From an uncultured Verrucomicrobiae bacterium (GTDB lineage: Bacteria; Verrucomicrobiota; Verrucomicrobiia; Palsa-1439), in the NCBI GenBank assembly GCA_963812605.1, contig CAWEWF010000002.1, positions 1-64,000 of the forward strand: 64,000 nucleotides of DNA, read 5' to 3'. A model generated the notes under the pieces. The model had not been told where the DNA came from. It searched no databases and worked only from the letters and a program-made list of their open reading frames with translations. Positions 20,396-31,796 of the stretch are shown one piece after another. The position numbers and the translations under genes were made by a program. Each line of letters starts with the position of its first letter. Position 1 is the stretch's first letter.

Positions 20396-23300
20396 ATGCC
20401 GCCAACAACCAAATGGAAACCGTGGCACGAAGTGGTCCAGCTTCGTGATGAACTGAAATCGGGCGAGCTATCGCTGGCGATGTTTGCCGCCGATCTGGAT
20501 GAGGTCATCCTCAAGAAAGGCAAGCGCCCGATTTACGAAGACCCGAAGAAATTCTTCGCGCTCACCTATCCGACGTACAATCTGCGCAACCTGGCGCGGG
20601 ACGTAGTCCGGCGGCTGGCGGGCAAGAGCGACAAGGCAGTGCGCCAACTGAATCTCACCTACGGCGGAGGCAAGACTCACACACTGATCACGCTTTTCCA
20701 TCTGGTAGATGATCCAACAAACCTGCCGGACCTGCCGGCGGTGGAAGAATTTCGCACGTCCATTGATCTGGGCAAGAATCTGCCGAAGGCACGGGTGGCA
20801 GCCATTTCCTTCGACAAACTGGATTTGGAAACGGGCATGGACGTGGCCGACCCGAAGGGAAAGATGACGCGGTTGTTCCATCCGTGGAGCATCCTGGCGT
20901 GGCAACTGGCCGGCAAGAAAGGGCTGGAAATCCTAAATGGCGGCAAGGGCATGGCCGAGCGCGACAGCGCCCCGGCGGAAAATGTGTTGATGGATTTGCT
21001 GGCGATTCCCAACGCAGAAGGCGAGTCGTCGTTGATCCTGCTGGATGAAGTGCTGATGTATGCCCGGCAAAAGGTCGCCGAGGACAAGCTCATGGATTGC
21101 CAAGCTTCAAGCGTTTTTCCAAGCGTTGACGCAAGCTGCTGTGAAAACCGACCGGTGCGCCGTGGTTGTTTCCTTGCTCGCCTCGCAACTGAATCGCATG
21201 GACCAGTTGGGGCTGGAAATCACCAACGCGCTGAAAGACATCTTTGCGCGCCAGCAAGAAGAGCCGGTCGAACCGGTAGTGAAGGAAGACGTGGCGGAAG
21301 TGCTGCGCCGCCGGTTTTTCAAACCGGAAAGCATCAAGGACAAGGAAGCCTTGCGACCGCACGCGATGGCCGCGTTCAAAGGCATCGCTGTGCATGATGA
21401 AATCGTGAAGAAGCAAGGCGCAGAGGCGGAGAAGCGCTATGTGGAGAGCTACCCGTTTCACCCGGAACTGACGGAAGTCTTTTACTCGAATTGGGTGCAA
21501 CTCGACCAATTCCAACGGACGCGCGGTGTGCTGCGACTGTTCGCGATGGCGCTGCGCGACTCGGCGGGGACTGATCCCTGTCCGGTCGTCGGCGCGAATG
21601 TATTTTTGAAAAAGCTGGGCGACGAAGGATTGTCCGACGCCATGCGTGACCTGGTGGAAATCGCCGATGCGCAATCCGCCGAAGGGCAGAGGGTCGCCTG
21701 GAGCGGCATCCTGAGCCGCGAGCTTGGGTTTGCGAAAGAAATCCAGCGAGATTTCGCAGGAGTGGCCTATCGCGAAGTCGAGCAGGCGGTGCTGACAACG
21801 TTTTTCTATTCGCAACCGGTCGGCCAAAAGGCGCACCTGCGGGAATTAAAGCTGGCGGTCGCGGCGACGAATCCAGATCGAATCGAACTGGAAAAGGCGC
21901 TGCTGCGGTGGGCACAAGACAGCTATTGGCTGGACGACAAGTTCACGACGACGGAAGGCGGGGCGTTGCCCGAAGACTGGCGCTTGGGCAACAAGCCGAA
22001 CCTGACGCAAATCCATCGCGAGAAAAAGAGCAAGATCGAGAACGACAAGGGACTGATTGCCGTGCGGCTCGACAAGGCGATTCGCGACGTGAAGAAGCTG
22101 ACGGAAGGCGCTCAGGGCTTGGGCGTGCGCGTGCATCAACTACCGGACAAGCCAGCGGACATCGAGGACGACGGTAAGTTTCACTTTGCCGTGCTTGGGC
22201 CGGACGCAGCATCGGAATCCGGCAAGCCGTCGGCGGTGGCGAAGCGATTCATTGATGAGACGACCAGCGCGGCCAAGCCGCGGGTGTATCGAAACGCGGT
22301 GATTTTAGCCGTGCCGTCAAAAGACGGCCTGGGCATGGTGTGCAGCCGCATCGCGGACTTGCTCGCGTGGGAGCAAGTGGAATCGGAATTGAGGGAGCAG
22401 TCCAAGAAAGGTAGCGTGGACGCCCAGCGGATGCAACGCCTCACGGTGGAAATGGAAAAGGCGAAGAAACTCATGCCGGACGCCATCCGGCAGGCGTGGT
22501 GCATGATGGTGACGGTTTCGGAAACGAACGACATCCAGGCATTCAAATTGAGCATCACGGATGATCCGTTGTTCATGACGCTGAAGGCGGACACCGCGCG
22601 CTCGCGGTTGCAAGAAACAAAAATCACGGCGGAATCGCTGCTGCCCGGACGGCCCTTATGATTTGTGGAAAGAAGGAGACACGCTGCGGCGCGTGAAGGA
22701 TTTGGCGAGTGCGTTTGCACAACATCCGCATCTGCCGAAGATGCTGAGTGCGACAGCCATCGTGGATACTCTTGTGGACGGCTGTGTGGCGGGTGATTTC
22801 GTGCTTCGATTAAAACGCCCGGACCAAACGGTGAGGACTTGGTGGCGCTCGCGTCCCGATGAGGAGGCCTTGAAAGACCCGGATTTGGAAGTCGTGTTAA
22901 GCACAGCGGCAGAGCTGGCAGAGATTCCCGGCTCGCTTCTGCGCAAAGGGGTGGCACCCGGCCTGTGGGAGATGAAGGCGGAATTGGCATTTGTTGAGAT
23001 CAAGTCTCACTTCGCTGGAGGCAAGGTCGTTCAAGTAGATCGAGGCGGTTACGTGGAAGGTCAGCAAGTGCCGAAGGCAAATCCAGAAGTGGTGAGTGCG
23101 GCTGTCGAAAAAGCTGTGTTCGATGGCGATTTGTGGCTCGTATCCGGACCAACGTCGTTGTTCAAAGAATCCATCCCAGCAGGTGTGCTCACGGATGTGA
23201 GTCTATTGTTGCCTCCGCCTGAACCAATTGTCGCCGCCGCAATTTTGGAGGCGAACGTTCCGCCCGCTTGGAAAGCCGGCAAGGCAACGGTGGCCGGCGT

Positions 23301-23730
23301 GCTTGCACAATTGTCCGTCCAGCGAGGGAAGCCGGTGCCGTGGTATCAGATCCAGCAAGCGGTCGATGGCGCAATTCGCGCGCGGCTCGTGGAGTTGGAT
23401 GCACAATCAGTGTCTTGGCCGTGCGATCCTTCTGCAGCCGCTAAAGTTGTGTTGAAGGCGGCGGTGGGTGGTGGAAAAGGTTACGGGACCGATGGAGACG
23501 GCGTCACCAAGGTTAAGGAAGGCAGCGTGGCATATTCTGCTAATTTGCGTCCCAATGAATTGCAGGACCTGGCTGATAACCTTCCAAGCATCATGGAGCT
23601 ACAGGCGAAGCACGGCATCAAGATACAGTTTGATGTTACCGTGGGGGCGACGGCAGAGGGCAGCGTGAAGCCAGAGGCGGCAGAGGCACTGCGGAAGTCG
23701 CTGGACGACATTTCTGACGCGTTTCATTAA
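20396..23730 (+). CDS. DUF499 AAA+ ATPase (frameshifts near 21090 and 22658)
   Basis: KPWHEVVQLR...FAADL, YGGGKTH, LLDEV, SYPFHPEL and FQRTRGVLR across three abutting ORFs. Confidence 0.85.
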
Positions 23731-23763
23731 GAGGCCAAGTTTTGCCCGACTAATATCAATCAC

Positions 23764-24786
23764 ATGCCAACCGAAAGCATTCATCTTGCGTCCAAGCATA
23801 TTCTTCTGCCGGAAGTGGTGTCGGCCGCGCTTGATCAACTTCTTAGAGGAGAACCCACTGACCTCGATGCGTACCTAAGTAATGTGGCTTCCAATGTTTC
23901 CCTACGTGATACAAAGGCCGCTGTGCACTGCCATTGTGTATCCTGCGATGGCAATGGGAGACCACGGATCGGAGACCTTGCACGTGCGGTGGCTTTGCGT
24001 ATCGTCGATTACGCAATTCCTCGTTCTGAGATCATTGCAGCGCGGGACTATGACACTCGCTTCAATACCACTGTCAAGGCGAACGAATTGAGAACCAAAG
24101 CCGCACAGTTATTCACTGATCTTTCCACCACCGGTGAAGGGGGTGAATTGCTGCTCTACATGTTGATCCAGAGCTACCTGAAGATTCCGCAATTGCTATG
24201 CAAGATGCCGTTGAAAACCAGCGAGAGGATGCATTATCACGGAGTTGATGGTGTTCACGCAACAGTTGACTCGACATCCAACAAGCTGCTTTTGTACTGG
24301 GGTGAATCTAAACTTCACAAATCGATTGATAACGCGATATCCGGATGTTGTGTCAGCTTGCGAGACTACCTTGTTGATGCCGGCGGTTCTGGATCGCCGC
24401 TACAGCGCGACCTGCATTTGATTCGTGACAACCTTGATTTGAATGATGCGACACTTGAAGAGGCTTTGTTACGCCTTCTTGATCCAAATAACCCCGCCTT
24501 CAACCAGATCGAATACCGGGGGGCAGTACTAATAGGATTTGATAGCGCCTGTTACCCAGTCCTTCCCGATTCTAAAACCAGCCAACAGGTGTGCGAAGCA
24601 GTAAAGAAGGCCTTCGCAAATTGGCAGGAAAAGGTTCACTCCAAGATTCTCGACACTTCTCCTTTAGCGACATTCACCCTTGAAGTCTTTTTGCTGCCTT
24701 TTCCCACTGTCGAAGGCTTTCGGAGCGCATTTTTGAAAGAGCTGGGGCACAATGTCAAAGGAAACGCTACAGCAGAAGCTGTTTGA
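23764..24786 (+). CDS. hamA: Hachiman HamA (DUF1837 nuclease)
   Basis: GEGGELLLY, KMPLKTS...HGVDGVH, WGESKL and FLLPFP; coupled to the helicase. Confidence 0.85.
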   Translation: MPTESIHLASKHILLPEVVSAALDQLLRGEPTDLDAYLSNVASNVSLRDTKAAVHCHCVSCDGNGRPRIGDLARAVALRIVDYAIPRSEIIAARDYDTRFNTTVKANELRTKAAQLFTDLSTTGEGGELLLYMLIQSYLKIPQLLCKMPLKTSERMHYHGVDGVHATVDSTSNKLLLYWGESKLHKSIDNAISGCCVSLRDYLVDAGGSGSPLQRDLHLIRDNLDLNDATLEEALLRLLDPNNPAFNQIEYRGAVLIGFDSACYPVLPDSKTSQQVCEAVKKAFANWQEKVHSKILDTSPLATFTLEVFLLPFPTVEGFRSAFLKELGHNVKGNATAEAV

Positions 24787-27318
24787 GTTACCACGTTTCC
24801 AGAAAGAACTTCTCACTCTTACCGTTCAATCGGTTCGGGGAAGCTTTTTCAGTTTAATTGTTCCTTCTGACGCACCCTATATCGACCCGGTCGATTGGCG
24901 TTACATGCTGACGTGCGCAAGTCTGCTAGCTCAGTCCGACACGCGCGCGTATCAGGATGCTGCATTAAGAATTGCGCAGTCGTGTTTGTCGAGTCGAAGC
25001 ACGACTGAAGATGAGCGTACTGCTGCGGCAGTCGTTCTCGACACATTGACAAATGCTCCCGCCCTCACGCTTGCCATTGAGAGACATCTGCTTGAGTCTG
25101 AGTTTCAGACGAATATCCCAATCCCGCTTCGTTTGGACATGATTCGGAGGAGGGTTGAACATTCGATTGTGACGCGCGACAATGAATTGCTCTTTTTCAA
25201 CCGATTTCAGTCCAATGTGTTCAGAAGCGCGCCTGATAGTGATTGGCTTAGTATTTCTGCCCCTACATCCGCAGGGAAATCCTTTGTCCTGAACAAAATC
25301 CTACAAGGCTTTCTGCGCGGAGCCGAAAGAGCGCACGTTGTTTACATTGTCCCGACCAGGGCATTGATTCAGCAGGTGGAACTCGATCTCACGTCGCTCT
25401 TGGCGCAAGAGCAGTTTCCAAATCTACTTATCACCGAGTTCCCCAAGTTCCTGAAAACTGGAAAGAGCTTCGCTGCGATTTGTGTACACGCAAGAACGAT
25501 TGCATTACCTCCTAAATGACGCACCGCCTGAGTTCACCTTTGACCTATTGCTGGTTGACGAAGCGCAAAAGATTGATGACGGGTCGCGTGGAATCTTGCT
25601 CCAGCAAACGATTGAGAAGGTTGTGGGTAGGTCTCCTCGGGGGAGAGTGATTTTTTCCAGCCCGATGACGTTGAATCCCAGAACTATTCCTGAGCAGGCA
25701 CCCGAGGGCGTTAGCAAGAAGGATATATCCTCTGAGCAGGTGACCGTTAATCAAAACCTAATCTGGGCCTCCCAAAATCAGGGCAACACAAAACGGTGGT
25801 CAATTTCGCTGTATGTCCGGAGCATCAAGCATTCTTCTCGGAGCCATAGAATTACATCGAGCGCCCTGCCCCGGACAGTAAACGACTGCCTTACATCGCC
25901 TTCACGCTATCGGACCGCTCTGGTGGCGCCGTGATCTACGTCAATGGACCGGCCGCTGCGGAAAAGGCAGCGGAACAACTCATGGGGCTGCAGCCAGTTG
26001 AAGATTCTTAGATCCGGAACTTCACAATCTAAGCGAGCTTGTGGGGAAGATCGTTAACCGGAACTATGCTCTTGTAGAGGCGCTCCAAAAGAGGGTGGCA
26101 TTTCATTATGGGAACATGCCCTTGCTAATACGCACCGAAATTGAAAGGCTTTTCAAAAGTGGCAAAATACGATTCCTGATATGTACAGCGACATTGGTTG
26201 AAGGAGTCAATCTACCTGCTAAATCGATATTTCTCCGCGGTCCAAAAAAGGGGCAGTCTCCGCTAAATGAAACAGACTTCTGGAACCTGGCTGGTCGAGC
26301 GGGCCGATTAGGAAAGGAATTTCAGGGGAACATAGTCTGCGTCGATCCAACTGAGACAAGCATATGGAAGACGCAACCACCTCGCTCACCAAGCAAGTAT
26401 ACGGTCCGCCGTGCACTCGATGTTGTTGCCTTGAATCCTGCGGAATTGCTGGCCTTCATAGCGCACGGGACACCGCGGAATGAGGCGAGTGAGAGGCCAG
26501 ACCTTGAGTACGCATTCGTGTATTTCATCAATAGCCTCATTAAGAACGAAACGCTCGCAACTCCATATTTCATTTCAAAGTACGGAATAAAATTCGTTTC
26601 TGAGATTGAAGCGGCGTGCAAGAACACATTGGAGTCGGTTGCCTTACCTTCTGAACTAATAAGCAGGAATCCCGGTGTGAGCCCAATAGCGCAGCAGAAT
26701 CTACTCAAACACTTTCAGACCTGCGCAGAACCACCAGAATCCTTAATTCCGTTCCCTCCAGAAAGCCCGGACGCTGTCAGAGACTCGTACGTCAAGATCA
26801 TCGGGGTTATCAGTGAACATCTTTCGGGAGATCCACAGCAGCTCAATTGGCCACGCGCAATTCTGGTCGTCAATTGGATGCGCGGGACGGCCCTTTCGAG
26901 AATCATAACCGACAATTGGAGCTATTGGAGTACACATGGAAAGACTCTACCGGTCGTGATTCGCGAGTCGATGCAAGACATTGAACAATTCGCTCGGTTC
27001 AAGTTTGTGAAGTATGCATCCTGTTACATTGACGTGCTGAAGCAGTTTTTTGTGACAACCAATCAGGTCGGTTTGATCGATCTCATTCCGCAACTCCACA
27101 TATTCTTGGAGTTTGGCGCTTCGATCCAGACGCAGATTTCATTGATGGATTTGGGTTTGTCGCGCGTATCAGCAATTGCGATATCAGATTACATGACAGG
27201 CACGAATTTGAGCCGGAACGAGTGTCTAACGTGGATTAAGCAGCAGAGTTTTGAGAGGTTCGATTTATCTCCAATAATCACGGCTGAACTCGAACGCTTG
27301 AAGCGCCTAGTACATTAA
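24752..27318 (+). CDS. hamB: Hachiman HamB Ski2-like SF2 helicase (several frameshifts, 25440-26030)
   Basis: SAPTSAGKS, VPTRALI, VDEAQK, AFHYGNMP, TATLVEGVNLP and NLAGRAGR. Confidence 0.85.
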
Positions 27319-27541
27319 CGCCGAAATGCGCTTCGCATGGGCAGCATGCCCGCGTCCTTGCGCCCGAAGTATTGCGCGGAGAAATGGGGCAAACAATCAG
27401 AACGCTGGCCGAGTATTATTCGTAGAGACGGCATCCAGAGACTACCGTTACGGATTGCTTCAAGAAGACGGATGTTTTTTTGTTGATTGATTACGCTACC
27501 GGCGTAATGCAAATCGCATAGTTTAAGTCCCGACACAGGAC

Positions 27542-28678
27542 TCAAAGCGTCTGCACTGCGGGAATCCACAAACGGAAGAAGCGGTCGGTGATGAGGAACG
27601 AGCCATTGTCACGATCAATGATGTCCTTCTCCAATAGCGCTTTCACCACCCGTTGCACGTTCGAAGCCGTGCCGAGCCCATGCTGTCCCACGAACTCCCC
27701 CGCAAAGACTTTCACACCTGCCGCCTCAGTCGCCAGGCCCTTCAAGAAGCGCTTTTGCGGAATGGTTAGCGACTCCCACAGAGTCGTGTAAGCGTAGTTC
27801 TCCCGATCCAGCAACACCTGCACTGCCTTGTGGATCATCTTCTCGGTGACTTCGGCTTTGGATTCGCATAATTCCCAGAGGACATGGCAAAGATGCTGCG
27901 TGTAAAACGGATGGCCTTGGGTCAACTCGCAAACCTGATGAATGCATTGTTTGCTGATGACTTTATCGGCACTGTGAAACCGTTTAAGGACGAACGGTTG
28001 CCAGTGCTCTTCGGCAATCGGTCCGAGCGGATAGTGACCCCCGGCACGATACAAAGGCCGGGCACGATCCATGAACATTTTCTCGATCAGATGCTTACGG
28101 CTACCGAGAAAAATGTAGCCCACTTGACTGTGGTTCTGGATGACACTTCGCAGCTTCCGCTCCACCTGATCGCTGCCATATTCGAGAATCTGCTGAAACT
28201 CATCAAACACCACTACGACGCTCTGTCCGCCCTTGGCGGCAATCTTGGCCGGGGTTTCGAGAACCTCGTCCAATGCCGGACCGAGCTTGGTGCGCTTGCT
28301 GAATCCGAATGTCAGCTCCGGCTTGCCTTCCTCGTCCATGGTCACGCTGGGGGCAAGATTGCTGAAAAACTTCTTCCCGGTTTCCAAAAGTTTCTCCACC
28401 GACGAACTCATTGACTCCGTGATGGCCTTCGCCAAGGCGGTGACGAATGTTGCTTCGCTGTCCGTTGGCCACAGATCCACGTAGGCACAAACGCAGTCTT
28501 TCTTCGGCAGTTTGCCGAGCGCGGTACGCACCAGCGAGGTCTTGCCATAGCGCCGCTCCGAGAACACGAACAGCTTCTCGTTGTTCTCCATAGCCCGCAA
28601 CAGATCAGCGACCTCCTTCTCGCGATTGCAGAAGGCGTTCCCGCTGACCACGCCACCGTATTCAAAAGGGTTTTTCAT
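27542..28678 (-). CDS. Archaeal-ATPase-like (STAND/AAA) protein with C-terminal winged helix
   Basis: MKNPFEYG...FCNREKE, RRYGKTS, VFDEFQ, GHPFYTQ and a C-terminal DRFFRLW. Confidence 0.8.
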   Translation of the reverse strand: MKNPFEYGGVVSGNAFCNREKEVADLLRAMENNEKLFVFSERRYGKTSLVRTALGKLPKKDCVCAYVDLWPTDSEATFVTALAKAITESMSSSVEKLLETGKKFFSNLAPSVTMDEEGKPELTFGFSKRTKLGPALDEVLETPAKIAAKGGQSVVVVFDEFQQILEYGSDQVERKLRSVIQNHSQVGYIFLGSRKHLIEKMFMDRARPLYRAGGHYPLGPIAEEHWQPFVLKRFHSADKVISKQCIHQVCELTQGHPFYTQHLCHVLWELCESKAEVTEKMIHKAVQVLLDRENYAYTTLWESLTIPQKRFLKGLATEAAGVKVFAGEFVGQHGLGTASNVQRVVKALLEKDIIDRDNGSFLITDRFFRLWIPAVQTL

Positions 28679-28713
28679 ATTACGCAAACTGCGTAACGCA
28701 TCTTGCGTAATAT
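28677..28713. promoter_or_regulatory. Inverted repeat/operator at the ATPase start
   Basis: 11-bp IR ATATTACGCAA/TTGCGTAATAT enclosing two overlapping ATTACGC-N5-GCGTAAT-like palindromes. Confidence 0.55.
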
Positions 28714-28740
28714 CAGAACCGTCTATAGAAGTAAAGGGTA

Positions 28741-30231
28741 TCACAGCCATCGCCTCCTAAACCACCGCGAGACCCTGCCGTTCGGTTCGATAGGCGGCAA
28801 AACGGTGCGCTTGAAGCCATGTTCGCAATGGACCAGAACAGCGGTGTGCTTCGGCAGTGCGCGGAGAATGTGGGTCTTGAGCTTGTGTTCTTCGTGCTCG
28901 GCGTAGCTGCGGTTGGTTTGGCCGGCGGAAACACCCCAGGTTTTCTTGACAACCCGCTTCTTGCCAAGGAAATCGGCGCTGTCCAGTGCGCCCTCCTCGT
29001 CAGCGGCTTTGAAAATGATCCGATTACGAAGATTGAGCACGAGCACCTTCGCCTTTTCCTTCCCCAACGCCGGTAGGAGCGATGTAGATGATTGGACGGC
29101 GGCAACGATGGTGGCGTTCGCTTCGCGGATCACGTCGATCGTGTTGTAGTCGCTCATTCCTTCGTCATTCGAGGTAACGAATCGCTGCGCTTCGTCAGCC
29201 CACAGAATAAGGAGATTCTTGTCTTTACGCTGGTCCTTTGGCCGGTCGAAGCGCCGCAAGACGTGCGTGTAGAACAGCATCTTCAGGAACGTGTTCACGT
29301 ACCGACGTTCGGTTTGGTACTTCTGCGGCATGGCGACGCAGATGATCTTTCCTCGGTCGATGTCACTGAACTCGAAGGTGTTGTTGCCGGGACAAAAGAC
29401 CTGGGCAATGTCCGGCGTGAGGAAGTTGTGCAAATAGTTGGCGATGGTCTCCTTCACGCCGCCCATTTGCTCCGGCGGTTGGGTGCGGTAGCGGAACTGG
29501 AGATGCTCCACGAGCGCGCGGCGACGCTCGGTCGGGTAGCCTTCCGACAACTCGGCCAGCGTGTCGTCCAATTCCTCCTCGTTCAGCAGTAGGTCGTGGG
29601 CATTCTCCAAGGTCACATCGGCCTGAACTTCGCGCAGCGCCTCCAACGCGTGGGCGATGTGGGTCTGCGCCTGGCTCTTGAAGAATCCCTTGTCGCCCTG
29701 TTGATTGAGGCTGGTGGCGGTATCGACGACGAATTTGGCAAAGGTGCTGTACGGGATGCCGGTATCGGACGTGAGATTGTAGGTGTGGGTTGGTTTCCAA
29801 CTGAGGAGCGCGTTGTCGGGCCTGATCTGGAGCAGGATCAAATCGTTTTGCCGGTTGAAATGCCGGGCCATCTCCGAGAGCGTTTCCCAAAATATGCCCT
29901 TGTCATCAATGCAGAGGCCACCCCAATGCGGTTCATTCTGAAAGACTTGATACAGGAGCGGGGTAATCCCGGAGCGGGTTTTCCCCGAGCCGGTGTCGCC
30001 GGTAATCAGCCAGCCGCGACAGAAATCCTCCCGTGACCACGACAGTCCCTTCAGGTGCACGATGGCGTTACGAGGCGGGCGACGCGTAGCCGCAATCGCG
30101 TTGCCCGCCAGAGTCCCAAAAACCACCGCCAACGTCCACGAGAGCGGTGGAGCCAGACTCAGGAGAAAGTACGCACCGGCGGCAAGAGACAAGCCGGCAA
30201 TTGTGAATCCGAGATACCGAGCGTTGCTCAC
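28741..30231 (-). CDS. VirD4/TraD-like type IV coupling protein
   Basis: GTG start overlapping the upstream stop; two N-terminal TM segments; GDTGSGKT; LILWADEAQ. Confidence 0.85.
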   Translation of the reverse strand: MSNARYLGFTIAGLSLAAGAYFLLSLAPPLSWTLAVVFGTLAGNAIAATRRPPRNAIVHLKGLSWSREDFCRGWLITGDTGSGKTRSGITPLLYQVFQNEPHWGGLCIDDKGIFWETLSEMARHFNRQNDLILLQIRPDNALLSWKPTHTYNLTSDTGIPYSTFAKFVVDTATSLNQQGDKGFFKSQAQTHIAHALEALREVQADVTLENAHDLLLNEEELDDTLAELSEGYPTERRRALVEHLQFRYRTQPPEQMGGVKETIANYLHNFLTPDIAQVFCPGNNTFEFSDIDRGKIICVAMPQKYQTERRYVNTFLKMLFYTHVLRRFDRPKDQRKDKNLLILWADEAQRFVTSNDEGMSDYNTIDVIREANATIVAAVQSSTSLLPALGKEKAKVLVLNLRNRIIFKAADEEGALDSADFLGKKRVVKKTWGVSAGQTNRSYAEHEEHKLKTHILRALPKHTAVLVHCEHGFKRTVLPPIEPNGRVSRWFRRRWL

Positions 30232-30584
30232 CGTGCGTACCTCCCGATCAGGATGCCCGCCAGCAGGGCCAACGCAGCACTGAACACCAAGGCGAATATC
30301 GGGAAACGGTTCAGGTCGCTGCGAATCTTCGGCACATCCCGCAATTCCTTGATGATGTCGGCGGCGCGTCCCGTGAAGTCGCCGCATAACCGCTCCAACT
30401 GTTCCATGGTACTGCGGAAGTCTTCAAACGACGGGGGTTTTGGTCCGTTGAGTTGGGCGTGGGTGAAGTAGATTTCCCACAATTCCACGGCGGCCAGCAT
30501 CGGATCGGCATCTTTAACATTGTACTTCTTCTGCCATTCCAGAATGGCGTTCTTCAGCGCCTGTTTTGGGTCGTCGTCGCTCAT
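30228..30584 (-). CDS. Mob-region hypothetical protein with C-terminal TM
   Basis: 118 aa, translationally coupled on both sides. Confidence 0.7.
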   Translation of the reverse strand: MSDDDPKQALKNAILEWQKKYNVKDADPMLAAVELWEIYFTHAQLNGPKPPSFEDFRSTMEQLERLCGDFTGRAADIIKELRDVPKIRSDLNRFPIFALVFSAALALLAGILIGRYAR

Positions 30585-31279
30585 GGCTCACCCGGCAAAA
30601 TGATCTGACGGATGGAGTCGATTTGTTCGTGGAACTGCCGCTGCCAGTTCTTGAGCCGCTGTCGATCCATGATGGAGAATGTCTGGTGCTCAATCCCCTG
30701 CCCGACCGGCAGATTGTCCTGCTGTAGCAACGCGACCAACCAGTCATGGAGTTTGGGCATGGTCATTTCCTTGGCGGCGAGTTCCTCCAGCAATCGCTTC
30801 CGTGTCTCGCTGGCATCGTAGATGGCAAACTGTTCCGTGAAGGCGCGGTTTTTCACCACCAGATAGCGGCACCGGCGGTCAAATGCGTTCGAGATGATCC
30901 GGGCCTGTTCCACGCTGTCGAGATCGTGATTGATCGGCGACACAACCGTCAGAACTGCGTCCATACTTTTAAGGACATCGAAGACGGCTAACTCGGCGAA
31001 ATAGTCCAAGAACAGGTCCGTCGACGCGGCCCGGCAATCCACCACCACCAGCGGTACGGTTTCGACGGCGGCAACGAGTTCGTCGAGTTCCCGTGCGTTC
31101 GCCAGATTCACGAATCGCGCCTCCGGGTGGAATCGCTTCAAGGTCGAGTTCTCATTGTCGGTGTCAATGGCGGTATGCTGGATCTGTTGGTCCTTAAGGT
31201 ACTGGATGAAGTTGACGGCAAAGAAACTCTTCCCGACGCCGCCCTTTCCGTTAAGAATCAGGTTTAGCTGCCTTTGCAT
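30581..31279 (-). CDS. ParA/StbB/MobD-like ATPase
   Basis: MQRQLNLILNGKGGVGKS, IDTDNENSTL and VVVDCRA. Confidence 0.75.
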   Translation of the reverse strand: MQRQLNLILNGKGGVGKSFFAVNFIQYLKDQQIQHTAIDTDNENSTLKRFHPEARFVNLANARELDELVAAVETVPLVVVDCRAASTDLFLDYFAELAVFDVLKSMDAVLTVVSPINHDLDSVEQARIISNAFDRRCRYLVVKNRAFTEQFAIYDASETRKRLLEELAAKEMTMPKLHDWLVALLQQDNLPVGQGIEHQTFSIMDRQRLKNWQRQFHEQIDSIRQIILPGEP

Positions 31280-31281
31280 GG

Positions 31282-31636
31282 CTAGATGGTCCGGGGGTTG
31301 GCGATGCGCGGTCCGCCGGTGTTCACGGGCGGCACGGAAGATCGCTGTGGTTGAGATGGCGAGTTTCGGGAAGCGGGACGGCGCTGCTTCCTTGGACGGG
31401 ATCGGGCGCAGGACGTCCCGGCAAAACCGCGCGACAGTCGTGCGCGAAACCGGCACATCGGCGGCACGCAGAATTTCCGTGATGGACTGGTACGACGCGC
31501 CCCTGCGCCGAAGCTCGGCAATCCCCGGTTTAAGCGTGAGAAGCTTCTGCCACTTCCGTGGCACAGTCGGGGCATAGGCCCGCACGGCCTCGGCAAATCG
31601 GTGGTTCGTCTGATCAGACGTAGACGGCGCATTCAT
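31282..31636 (-). CDS. Small HTH-like DNA-binding protein, StbA/relaxosome accessory-like (frameshift near 31340)
   Basis: ELRRRGASYQSITEILRAADVPVSRTTVARFC helix pattern. The likely true end (GPRIANPRTI*) is in another frame, so the ORF track fuses it to the ParA-like gene. Confidence 0.55.
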
Positions 31637-31670
31637 TGGTACACGTGATTGTCATCCCGGTGGCACTCAA

Positions 31671-31706
31671 ACTTCTAACGCGAGTTAGAGGTCGTGCGTC
31701 TTTTGT
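31671..31706 (+). other. Candidate oriT hairpin
   Basis: ACTTCTAAC-GCGA-GTTAGAGGT stem-loop followed by CGTGCGTCTTTTGT, between the divergent stb-like and relaxase genes. Confidence 0.45.
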
Positions 31707-31744
31707 TTTCATGCGCTCCAGTAAAGCGCATCCGGCAGAAAATG

Positions 31745-31789
31745 TTGTTCCCAAATGGGAACAAGTTTCGCGGTGGGAAGTGATAGAAC
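31745..31789 (+). promoter_or_regulatory. Palindromic operator plus -10 box for the relaxase (copy 2)
   Basis: TTGTTCCC-AAAT-GGGAACAA (31745-31764), 19 nt, TAGAAC (31784-31789), 7 nt, ATG 31797. Confidence 0.75.
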
Positions 31790-31796
31790 CACTCGC

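Noticed and set aside
18622-22663. Programmed frameshifting in the methylase or DUF499 gene
   Set aside because: No clear slippery sites, and similar breaks affect many unrelated island genes.
27315-27569. 84-aa ORF between hamB and the ATPase
   Set aside because: No motif or clear RBS; it overlaps the palindrome and poly-T intergenic tract.
30581-31636. 351-aa HTH-ParA fusion in the ORF track
   Set aside because: Better explained as two genes joined by a single-base indel near 31340.
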